A program made the translations under genes and the position numbers. Positions 43,780-52,505 of a stretch of DNA of 64,000 nucleotides are shown here, one piece after another. The notes beneath the pieces are model-generated. The model worked only from the letters and a program-made list of their open reading frames with translations. It did no database searches and was not told the DNA's origin. Location: the sequence record SRR31156797_5308; one strand, written 5' to 3'. Numbering within the stretch: the stretch's first letter is position 1; the number at the start of each line of letters is the position of its first letter.

Positions 43780-44842
43780 TTATTACAAGGATTCCGATAG
43801 CGAACGTCTCTTTCAGCAAAGGAAAAATCAAGAAACACCCCCAAGCCCCCATATTCGCAGCAATGACGAGACCATTAAAATCATGGGGTGTGTGGTATTA
43901 GCCTTGCTGCCAGCAGTTTTATTCTCTGGCTACCTTTTTGGATTGAAAGTTTATGGCTTGTTTTTCATTGCACTAGCCACGGCGTTTGCTGCCGACGGAC
44001 TTTGGTCCTATCTTGTCAAACGGCCGTTTCGCTTCGATTTAAGCATCGTCGTGACGGCCTTGCTTTTAACGATGAACCTCCCACCAACCGCACCTTGGTA
44101 TTTTCCCGTGATTGGGGTGGCGTTTGCCGTAATCATCGTCAAAGAATTTTTTGGCGGTATTGGTTATAATTTTCTAAATCCAGCCCTCGGCGGTCGAGCC
44201 CTGTTGATTGGCTTGTTTTATAACCAAATGTTTCTAATGAGTTGGCCTGATCCACCTTTTGGCAGCATCGCACCTGATGTCGTTTCGCAGGCTACAGCGA
44301 ACGATGTTGTTTCTGGTGCCACACCATTAGCTGTCATGAAAGCAGGAGAAACGTTGAGTGGCTCTGAACTAGTGGATGCCTTTTTAGGATTTACCGGAGG
44401 ACGAATCGGTGAAACCAGTGCCTTACTTTTACTGTTGGGTGGGATTTTTCTCGTTTACAAGAAAATCATCTCCCCTCGTATCCCACTGATTATCTTTGCG
44501 ACGATCGGGCTCTTTGCTTTTATCCTTGGTCCAGAAGGACTTTTTACTGGCAGTTGGCAAACGGTCATCGGTCATATCATCAGTGGTGGTGCCATGTTGG
44601 GTGCGATTTATATGGCGACTGATTATTCTTCGACACCAGGAACAAAAGCAGGAGAAAATCTTTTTGCCTTAGGCGTTGGCCTCCTCGTTGTGCTCTTCCG
44701 TTTCTTTGGTTTTACAAATGAAGGCATGAGCTATGCCATCTTGATCATGAATTGTTTCACCCCACTTATTGATCGCTTCTTACGCCTTCGCATATTAGGG
44801 GAAGGAAAAAAGACCCCGTTCAACCTTAAAATCATGAGCTAA
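43772..44842 (+). CDS. rnfD: RnfD/RsxD-family flavinylated membrane subunit
   Basis: SPHI, FGGIGYNFLNPA, SGATPL FMN site, GRIGETS, MATDYSSTP, YAILIMN; GTG start after AAGGAGG. Confidence 0.92.
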   Translation: MPDYYKDSDSERLFQQRKNQETPPSPHIRSNDETIKIMGCVVLALLPAVLFSGYLFGLKVYGLFFIALATAFAADGLWSYLVKRPFRFDLSIVVTALLLTMNLPPTAPWYFPVIGVAFAVIIVKEFFGGIGYNFLNPALGGRALLIGLFYNQMFLMSWPDPPFGSIAPDVVSQATANDVVSGATPLAVMKAGETLSGSELVDAFLGFTGGRIGETSALLLLLGGIFLVYKKIISPRIPLIIFATIGLFAFILGPEGLFTGSWQTVIGHIISGGAMLGAIYMATDYSSTPGTKAGENLFALGVGLLVVLFRFFGFTNEGMSYAILIMNCFTPLIDRFLRLRILGEGKKTPFNLKIMS

Positions 44843-44865
44843 ATCGTAAAAAAGGAGGGTTCCTT

Positions 44866-45438
44866 ATGATGATCGCCAATCGGCTAGTGGTCTTTCTAGT
44901 CATTCTACTCACAAATTACGCCTGTCAAAATTTGGCACCGACCGTCAAAGAGAAAAAACCGAACGTGACGACACGGGTGGTTTTCCTCTCAGGGATCATT
45001 GCGGTCGCTTACTTGTTCAGTGGGTTAAGCTTTTATCTTTTACTTCAAAATCGTTTCGTCTATGGCAATCAAGTGGTCACCAACTTGGTAAGTGCTGCCA
45101 TCATCGCCTTGATTGCGGGGGGCTTGTGTTTACTGATCGTTCCTGCAAAAAAACGTTTCTTGACGACTGATCTAAAAAAAACGCTCCTAGTCAATGTTCT
45201 CTTGCTGACGATCGCCACCGTGACCCAATTTCCCTATACCGATTATTTAACCAATTTATTTGTTGCTGTAGGCATGTATTTCCTCTTTTCTTGTGCTTTG
45301 TCAGGGGTTCATACACGGAATCAAATTGCCACGATTCCGCCAATTCTAAAAGGTTTACCGCTGGATATCGTAACACTTTTTCTATTCTATCTAAGCTTTT
45401 CCTTTCTCAATGGTGTCTTCTTCAATTATTTATTCTAA
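44866..45438 (+). CDS. Divergent RnfA-like membrane protein
   Basis: ~6 TM; C-terminus GVHTRNQIATIPPILKGLPLDIVTLFLFYLSF resembles RnfA GIRER..VP..FKGLPIALIT..LMSLAF; operonic position. Confidence 0.7.
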   Translation: MMIANRLVVFLVILLTNYACQNLAPTVKEKKPNVTTRVVFLSGIIAVAYLFSGLSFYLLLQNRFVYGNQVVTNLVSAAIIALIAGGLCLLIVPAKKRFLTTDLKKTLLVNVLLLTIATVTQFPYTDYLTNLFVAVGMYFLFSCALSGVHTRNQIATIPPILKGLPLDIVTLFLFYLSFSFLNGVFFNYLF

Positions 45439-45474
45439 ACAAAAAGCAAGTCCCGCTTTGGCAGCGGAACTTGC

Positions 45475-45672
45475 TTATTTTTTGCGGAATAACTCTCTGA
45501 AGGAACCGATCAAAAAACCAGTCGAAAAAGCATTTTGTGCTTTTTGCTCTTTTTCAGCAGCGATTTTTTGTCGGGTTCGCAGCCCCTTATTGGCATTTTT
45601 GGACTTCTTCCCTTCACGGAGTTCTTTCGAAACCTTTTGAAACTCATTTGAGAAACGATTATACCCAACCAT
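45475..45672 (-). CDS. Small basic protein (65 aa)
   Basis: Strong RBS AAAGGAGG; Lys/Arg-rich with an amphipathic C-terminal helix. Confidence 0.7.
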   Translation of the reverse strand: MVGYNRFSNEFQKVSKELREGKKSKNANKGLRTRQKIAAEKEQKAQNAFSTGFLIGSFRELFRKK

Positions 45673-45807
45673 GTCGTTTCCCTCCTTTCTTTGTGCTTGA
45701 CCTATAATAACGAGGATTTATTATAGGAATTGCCTTTCTGATGCAAATCAGGTAACATAACAGACAGAAAGATGATTTATCCCAGGTTTATCAGAAAGGA
45801 AGATCCC

Positions 45808-46080
45808 ATGAACGAAACCCACACTGGATTGTTAGTCAATAGCCGCGTTTTTCAAGAAACGCCAATGATGCTGACAGGTATCCAACTTTTAGAAGACCAC
45901 AAAATCGTAAATTGCATTATTAAGGATCGCTACTTAGCCAGCTATGTCTTACGCCTTCCATTAAATAAATACCAATTAGAAGTTGAAGGAAAATGGAACA
46001 AGCGGGAACAGTTAGTGATCAAACATATGAAGATCAAGAATATCGATGAATTTATTAAAATCGTCGGTACGCCAGAATAA
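45808..46080 (+). CDS. Small hypothetical protein (OB-fold-like beta pattern)
   Basis: AAAGGA RBS then MNETHT; LEVEGKWNKREQLVI. Confidence 0.65.
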   Translation: MNETHTGLLVNSRVFQETPMMLTGIQLLEDHKIVNCIIKDRYLASYVLRLPLNKYQLEVEGKWNKREQLVIKHMKIKNIDEFIKIVGTPE

Positions 46081-46169
46081 CAGGACTCACGAAAAGCAAG
46101 TGCAGACAACTGCCCTTGCTTTTTTTCTGAAAAAATCCAGCTGATTTTTCCCGCGTGTTCCTCCGATGT

Positions 46170-46541
46170 TTATCGCGACATTCTGGTAAACCGATCGATC
46201 AAGGCTTTTTGCTCCTCTTTGATACCGATCGCCAACGGTTTGATCATTAATTTGACAGTGGACGAAGGTGTCTGAATCTGAACTTTTTTATTTACCACAC
46301 CGCCTAGTTGTAATTTTGTGATCTCATGGATCATAATTGTCTGCATCCCTTTTTCATGAAATTGCAGATCTAACTGAATCAAGTGGATTTTTTCTTCGTC
46401 AACCACCACGATAAAATACTTTGGTGTTGGCAGGGCAATCATTTTGGCTTCCTCGGCATAACCAGCCAGTTTTCCATGGAACTTCGCACGGTAGCTTTCT
46501 AAATCATCTTTTTTCACGATCCATTTCATCAAAAGCCACAT
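46170..46541 (-). CDS. Hypothetical protein (PH-like domain); start uncertain
   Basis: Beta-strand run followed by a C-terminal helix; AAGGAAGG upstream. Confidence 0.65.
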   Translation of the reverse strand: MWLLMKWIVKKDDLESYRAKFHGKLAGYAEEAKMIALPTPKYFIVVVDEEKIHLIQLDLQFHEKGMQTIMIHEITKLQLGGVVNKKVQIQTPSSTVKLMIKPLAIGIKEEQKALIDRFTRMSR

Positions 46542-46714
46542 CCTTCCTTAGATACCTTAAGGATACCTGCAGAAAACGCTTTTGCACAACAATATGCCTG
46601 CTTGTTTCCTCACATAGCCCCATTCAACACGTTTGATCATCAAAGACTTTTCCTCTAGACATAGACGTTTTTGTCACCACGACTGCTGAGTCAAGCAAAA
46701 AGACAGCGAGGCGC

Positions 46715-47260
46715 TTAGTGCCCTTCGCTGTCTTTATTTGGATAGTAGTGTTGGAAAAGTCGCAGAAAAATCGGTGCCAGCATCAAATAAAAGATGCCAT
46801 TCCCCGCTGCATGCAACGCATCAAAGCTCACTCCTTGAAAATAGTAAGCCCCAAAGCTAGGAAACCCATAAAGCTTGACACTGATCCAAGATATCACAAA
46901 GCCATACGCAAAACCTGCAAATACACTATAAATGACTTGTAAATACAACTTTTTCATAAACAGTTTGCTTTTTGATAATAGATACATTCCAAAAATTACG
47001 ACGGCATAGCTAATCAATTGGGCAATCGTCCATACCCCCATTCCCATGTAAAAATTGGTAATCAGCATCGAGAGCAGACAAACGATCAATCCACGACTAA
47101 GACCTAAATGGATGGTTACTAATAAAAAGATCACCGTCATTGGTTGAACATTGGGTAAAGGTTGAAAAAGTGTCCTGCCGACGACGGCTGCTGCTACAAG
47201 CAACCCTAAATAAGCAATTTCTTTTCCAGCAAATACAAGTGGTTTATTCGAATTTTTCAT
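46715..47260 (-). CDS. ECF transporter S component, CbrT-like (cobalamin)
   Basis: VVGRTLFQPLPNVQPMT, GMGVWT..Q, FDALHAAGN motifs. Confidence 0.8.
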   Translation of the reverse strand: MKNSNKPLVFAGKEIAYLGLLVAAAVVGRTLFQPLPNVQPMTVIFLLVTIHLGLSRGLIVCLLSMLITNFYMGMGVWTIAQLISYAVVIFGMYLLSKSKLFMKKLYLQVIYSVFAGFAYGFVISWISVKLYGFPSFGAYYFQGVSFDALHAAGNGIFYLMLAPIFLRLFQHYYPNKDSEGH

Positions 47261-47663
47261 AGGTGAAAACCACTTTATCGTTGTTTCCTAAAAAGGTATC
47301 ATCTGCCCCAGTCGTAATCATTTCATCATTGATCGTATATGTCCAATAATAGCCAGCTTTTTCATCTTGGGCTAAACCGTCGATGCTGGTGATCATCCCT
47401 TGATTTTCTTCCAAGTCAAAGTTCTCTTTCATGATAGTCATCAAAGAAACCCCTTCTTTAAAAGTGACCGTTTTGGTTTCGATCTCCTGGTCTTGCTCTT
47501 CACTTTTATTATTGAAGCTGATTTGGGCAGTGCGCTCTTCGGCATTTTGTTGGACTGACGAAGAGTCACTAGAGGAGTTACCCGCATCCATCGATGGTTT
47601 GGCACATCCGGCAAAAACCAGACTTAGTAAAAAAATATAACTAAAAATTACTGTTTTCTTCAT
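47244..47663 (-). CDS. DUF4430 (transcobalamin-like C-terminal domain) lipoprotein
   Basis: Lipobox FAGC; MITSIDG...YWTYTIND...GAD. Confidence 0.85.
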   Translation of the reverse strand: MKKTVIFSYIFLLSLVFAGCAKPSMDAGNSSSDSSSVQQNAEERTAQISFNNKSEEQDQEIETKTVTFKEGVSLMTIMKENFDLEENQGMITSIDGLAQDEKAGYYWTYTINDEMITTGADDTFLGNNDKVVFTYEKFE

Positions 47664-47828
47664 AATAATGGCTCCTTTGATTTTTTTTACAACACCTTAT
47701 TGTACTAAAAATAAATAAAAAAGGCGAAATTTTTTTGTTCCCCTCTATAGAAAGCATTGTAAATCCATGTGACTATGGGTATACTAGCTTCAATCATTCG
47801 TAAGAAGAAATGAAGGAGTGTTGGAAAG

Positions 47829-49229
47829 ATGGATAGAAAAAAAGCGTCCTGTACCACTTTACTAGTAGGAAAAAAAGCATCGATTGACGGCTCGACCATG
47901 ATTGCCCGTAATGAAGATTCAGGGAGCGGTTCGGAACCGCAAAAATTCGTCGTTATCACTCCAGAACAGCAAGGAAATGAATTTTACGCCGTTTTAAGCG
48001 GCTGTCGAATCCGTTTACCTAAGGATCCCTTACGTTATACTTCGACACCTGAAGCAGATGAATCCCAAGGAGTCTGGGCAGCTTCAGGAATCAATGAAGT
48101 AAATATCGCCATGACTGCGACAGAAACGATTACGACCAATTCACGCGTTTTGGCCATTGATCCATATGTGGAAGATGGTATCGGGGAAGCTGATTTCGTC
48201 AGCATTGTACTGCCTTACATTCATTCCGCTAAAGAAGGTGTTCTTCGCCTAGGGGAACTCTTAGAAACCTATGGGACCTACGAAGCCAACGGGATCGCGT
48301 TTTCTGATGCCGAGGAAATTTGGTATATGGAAACCATCGGTGGACATCACTGGGCAGCTGTTCGCATACCAGATGATGCCTATGTCGTGGCACCCAATCG
48401 CTTAAACATTGATCACTTCGATTTCGCCTCAGAAATGACGTTGTGTTCGCAGGATCTCGAACAGTTGATTGAAGACTATCAATTAAATCCTGATTTTGAA
48501 GGCATTAATCTACGCCATATTTTTGGCAGCTCCTCAGAAAAAGATACCCGTTACAACAACCCGCGGGCATGGTACATTCAAAAACACTTTAGCGGAACAG
48601 TTGCTGAACCGATCGATCAAGAGCTCCCGTTTGTATGCTACCCAAAACAAAAGCTATCCGTGGAAGATGTAAAATGGGCATTGAGCTCCCACTTCCAAAA
48701 TACGCCTTTTGACCCTTACGGTACAGGGACCGAGACACAAAAAACACAATTTCGATCGATTGCTCTTAATCGCAACCAGCAAGTCCATATTTTGCAGATC
48801 CGCAACCACGTGCCTGCAGCAATCGCTGGCATTCATTGGCTCGCCTTTGGCCCCAATACCTTCAACGGCGTTGTGCCCTTTTATGCAGCTATCACTAAGA
48901 CCCCACTTGGCTATTGTGATACGACAAAGACCTACGATCCAACAAATAGCTATTGGTTAGGACGCACCTTGGCGTTGATTGGGGACAGCGACTACGATCG
49001 CTATAGTGATCTTGCCAACCGTTTTGAAATGGAAACGATGGCGGCTTGTCGCCGCATCCAACAAGAAACTGATCGTAAAGCTTCCGCTGAAAAGGAGCCT
49101 ACTCGTCTGCTTGAAGAAGCCAACGCTGAGATGGCCGAACTGTATTTAAAAAATGCAACAACGTTACTAGGAAAAATGGTGGAGTCTGGCAGTAATAAAA
49201 TGGCCTTGCGTTTTTCTTTAGCCGATTAG
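47829..49229 (+). CDS. C69-family dipeptidase (PepD)
   Basis: Ntn SCTT N-terminus, ARNED, ATET, YNNPRAW. Confidence 0.92.
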   Translation: MDRKKASCTTLLVGKKASIDGSTMIARNEDSGSGSEPQKFVVITPEQQGNEFYAVLSGCRIRLPKDPLRYTSTPEADESQGVWAASGINEVNIAMTATETITTNSRVLAIDPYVEDGIGEADFVSIVLPYIHSAKEGVLRLGELLETYGTYEANGIAFSDAEEIWYMETIGGHHWAAVRIPDDAYVVAPNRLNIDHFDFASEMTLCSQDLEQLIEDYQLNPDFEGINLRHIFGSSSEKDTRYNNPRAWYIQKHFSGTVAEPIDQELPFVCYPKQKLSVEDVKWALSSHFQNTPFDPYGTGTETQKTQFRSIALNRNQQVHILQIRNHVPAAIAGIHWLAFGPNTFNGVVPFYAAITKTPLGYCDTTKTYDPTNSYWLGRTLALIGDSDYDRYSDLANRFEMETMAACRRIQQETDRKASAEKEPTRLLEEANAEMAELYLKNATTLLGKMVESGSNKMALRFSLAD

Positions 49230-49414
49230 TCAATCGTTGAAAATAAAAGGATTAACAAAAACTTTACATGGAATTGCAGCAATCTAAACATTGCTCTCCT
49301 ATACTAAAGATACCAATTCGTTTTCTTTTTCCTTGCTGGTACAAATCAAGCAATTGATTTGTACTGGTCCCCCTATTGAAGACCAGTTGGGAAAAAACGT
49401 TGGGAGGAATGAGC

Positions 49415-49585
49415 ATGACTGCAAGTATTTATCGGACTGTCACCAACGAAATTGTTAAAGGTGAAATCATCAAAAGCCAGAGTCAGCAAGATATGCTGAT
49501 CATTCAAGACAAAAAAGGCTATTTCCATGTCGTTGAACCAATCCCCGCTACTACTACATCAACTCCCCACAGGACGAAAGACTAA
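49415..49585 (+). CDS. Small hypothetical protein (56 aa)
   Basis: GGGAGG RBS then MTASIYR; followed by a convergent terminator hairpin. Confidence 0.55.
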   Translation: MTASIYRTVTNEIVKGEIIKSQSQQDMLIIQDKKGYFHVVEPIPATTTSTPHRTKD

Positions 49586-49648
49586 AAAATCCACTGGCGA
49601 TCAGAAAGAATACAGGATCTTTCTGATTGCTCAGTGGGTTCTTTTTTG

Positions 49649-50818
49649 TTATGTCAAACTCAATGTGAATCGGTTCAATCCATCAATGAGTTTTTCTCGC
49701 GAACAGCCAACGTTTAGGCGTAAAAAATTTCTCCCTTCATTCCCATAGATTTCCCCTGACATAATCGCGACTTTTCCCTTACGAATCATTCGTTGCTGCA
49801 ATTCCACCATCGTTAAATCCAGTGCTGTACAATCAATCCACATAAGATACGTGGCTTCGCTTTTCGTGACCACGAGTTCTGGATGATATTCCTGTAAATA
49901 AGCAATCACATAAGCAATGTTATCATCCAGATAGTCATTGAGCTGATCCACCCACTTACTTTCATTATCGTAGGCAGCAATCGTTGCGGTCATGCCAAAA
50001 ATACTGGTGGAGCTCAACCCATCGGCTTCTTTTAACTGAGTTAAGAAGCGATCACGCAATTTGGAGTCAGGAATGATTCCATAAGAATAAATCAACCCTG
50101 GGAAATTAAACGTTTTGCTACCCGAAGTAACAAGGGCTACTTTTTTTTGCAACAAATCAATGATTGGTTGATGCCTTTGTCCTTTTCTTACAATATCCAT
50201 ATGAATCTCATCAGAGATGATAAATACATCATGGGTTTTCGCCAATTCGATCATTCGTTGCAACTCATCTTTTTGCCAGACTCTCCCAGTTGGGTTATGA
50301 GGACTACATAAGAGAAGAACTTTGTTTTCAGGCTGTGCCATCAATCTTGTTAGCTCTTCAAAATCAATGCGATACGAGTTGGCATCATAGATGAGTGCAT
50401 TAGGTACGATTTTTCTTTTGTTCTCTTTGATCATTTTATAAAACGCATCATACGCAGGTGTTTGAATAATGATCCCATCTCCTGGATTGCTGAGTAAGGT
50501 GACGAGTAGTTTGATGCTATACATGACGGAAGGACTGTAGACCAGCCAATCGCTGTCGATCCTACTTGTAAAGCGTTCAGAATACCATTTGCAGACTGCT
50601 TGCTTGAATTCATTGTGATTCCAACGTGTATACCCAAATACCGGGTGCTGCATCCGCTTGATAAGTGCCGCTTCAACTGCAGCTGGCACCTTGAAATCCG
50701 TATCGGAAATCGTAAATGGCAACAAGTTTTTTTCACCAAAACGGTCTTCCACATAATCCCACTGGGTACAATGGGTTCCTTTACGATTGATTGGCTCATC
50801 AAAAAACATTTTCTTCAC
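49649..50818 (-). CDS. malY: MalY/PatB PLP-dependent beta C-S lyase
   Basis: FTISDTDF, FGY, CSPHNPTG, DEIH, SKTFN, RLNVG. Confidence 0.9.
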   Translation of the reverse strand: MKKMFFDEPINRKGTHCTQWDYVEDRFGEKNLLPFTISDTDFKVPAAVEAALIKRMQHPVFGYTRWNHNEFKQAVCKWYSERFTSRIDSDWLVYSPSVMYSIKLLVTLLSNPGDGIIIQTPAYDAFYKMIKENKRKIVPNALIYDANSYRIDFEELTRLMAQPENKVLLLCSPHNPTGRVWQKDELQRMIELAKTHDVFIISDEIHMDIVRKGQRHQPIIDLLQKKVALVTSGSKTFNFPGLIYSYGIIPDSKLRDRFLTQLKEADGLSSTSIFGMTATIAAYDNESKWVDQLNDYLDDNIAYVIAYLQEYHPELVVTKSEATYLMWIDCTALDLTMVELQQRMIRKGKVAIMSGEIYGNEGRNFLRLNVGCSREKLIDGLNRFTLSLT

Positions 50819-50839
50819 TCCTACTACTTGACAATTTTG

Positions 50840-52402
50840 CTAAAGAATCGCATCAAGTTGATTTCTGACTGTTGTTACTTTCGTTCCAATGATTACTTGA
50901 ACGTTCGTATCATCTAAGTGAACGACCCCAAGCGCACCTAGTTTTTTTAGCCGTTCATCATCAACCAATGTACCATCGTTTAGAACGAGGCGTAGCCGTG
51001 TAATGCAATTGTCTAAAGAATCAATATTACTTGCTCCCCCTAAAGCTGCCAAAATACCATGGGCATCGTAGCCACTCTTTCCAGAATAGGTCATTTCCTC
51101 TTCCAACTCATTCGTTTGATCGTTGTTCTCTTCTCTACCAGGTGTCTTCAAGTTCTTGCGAAGGATTACTGTTTTAAAAACAAAGTAATACAGGGCAAAC
51201 CAGCAAGCTCCTACGATCAGAACGAGCCACCATTTTGTATATGCGCCTTGCATCACGCCAAAGATAAGAAAATCAAGCACGCCCCCATCGGTATTTCCAA
51301 TCGTGACACCCAATAGACTCATTACCATAAATCCAGCACCTGTCATGATGACATGAAAAATCCATAATAAAGGGCTGATGAATAAGAATAAAAATTCGAT
51401 TGGTTCAGTAATTCCTGTCACAAAAGTTGCAATGACGCCTGAAATCAACAAGCCTTTTATCTTTGAACGATTCTCAGGTTTTGCTGTCTGGTACATAGCT
51501 AATGCTGCTGCCGGTAAGCCAAACATAAAGGTTGGCATTTTCCCTTGAGACAAGAACGCCGTTGCACTTGGTGAGATGCTTAAACCGTTTTGTAATTCCG
51601 CATAAAAAATATTTAACGCCCCAAAGACTTGCTGACCATCGATCAGCTGACTTCCCCCTGCTTCCGTAAAGCGAATCATGGAAACCAAAATATGGTGTAA
51701 CCCAAATGGCAGTAATAAGCGCTCACCTGAACCAAATAAGAACGGACCGAAAGGACCAGCTTGTTGGATCAAATGTCCGATTCCTGTGATGATCATAGCA
51801 AACAATGGCCAAATCATCGGAATGATCACCCCGACCACAGCTAAAGTAAGCGAGGTGATGATTGGAACAAACCGGGCTCCTGAAAAGAAGGCAAAACTAT
51901 CTGGCAATTGAAAATGGTAGAAGCGCGTATGCAATTTATAAACGATCAATCCTGCGATAATACCACCTAGAACACCCATTGATAATGTTTGAATGCCAAA
52001 AACGATCTCTTGTCCTGCTTCTCGAAGTTGATCTGCAGTAGCTAATTGATTCGTTTCTTGTAAATAAAAATTGATGGATAAATGCATCACGACATAGCCC
52101 ACAAAGCCTGAAAATGCCGCAACTCCCTTCTCTTTTCGTGCTAGACCTAAAGGAATCGCCATCGCAAACATGACGGGTAAGTAACTAAAGGCAAACCCAC
52201 CGATCGTTGACATGAAACGAAAAACCACTTGAAGCCAAGAGGCACCTAAAAATGGGAAAACGTCGATCGTTGAAGAAGATGAAAATGAACTACCAATCCC
52301 TAAAAATAAACCCATGAATGCGAGTAAAGCGACTGGCAACATAAATGTTTTCCCAAGTCCTTGAAAAATTTCCATCCAGCTTGCTTTCTTTCCTTTTTGC
52401 AT
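50840..52402 (-). CDS. malX: PTS EIICB, MalX family
   Basis: GLGKTFMLPVA, PFGLHH, GITEPIEF, DNCITRLR; start MQKGKK. Confidence 0.88.
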   Translation of the reverse strand: MQKGKKASWMEIFQGLGKTFMLPVALLAFMGLFLGIGSSFSSSSTIDVFPFLGASWLQVVFRFMSTIGGFAFSYLPVMFAMAIPLGLARKEKGVAAFSGFVGYVVMHLSINFYLQETNQLATADQLREAGQEIVFGIQTLSMGVLGGIIAGLIVYKLHTRFYHFQLPDSFAFFSGARFVPIITSLTLAVVGVIIPMIWPLFAMIITGIGHLIQQAGPFGPFLFGSGERLLLPFGLHHILVSMIRFTEAGGSQLIDGQQVFGALNIFYAELQNGLSISPSATAFLSQGKMPTFMFGLPAAALAMYQTAKPENRSKIKGLLISGVIATFVTGITEPIEFLFLFISPLLWIFHVIMTGAGFMVMSLLGVTIGNTDGGVLDFLIFGVMQGAYTKWWLVLIVGACWFALYYFVFKTVILRKNLKTPGREENNDQTNELEEEMTYSGKSGYDAHGILAALGGASNIDSLDNCITRLRLVLNDGTLVDDERLKKLGALGVVHLDDTNVQVIIGTKVTTVRNQLDAIL

Positions 52403-52435
52403 ATCATTTCCTCCTAACACTTTTATCTCTTAAAA

Positions 52436-52449
52436 TGTAAACGATATCA
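52436..52449. promoter_or_regulatory. cre (CcpA) site upstream of malX
   Basis: TGTAAACGATATCA. Confidence 0.65.
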
Positions 52450-52505
52450 AGAAGGCTTACAATACAGTTACCAAAACAAGAATGACCATTCACAAAATGG
52501 AATGG

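Noticed and set aside
46558-46641. 27-codon minus-strand ORF (MIKRVEWG...) between the S component and the PH-like gene
   Set aside because: Weak RBS spacing, and it probably overlaps the downstream gene's promoter
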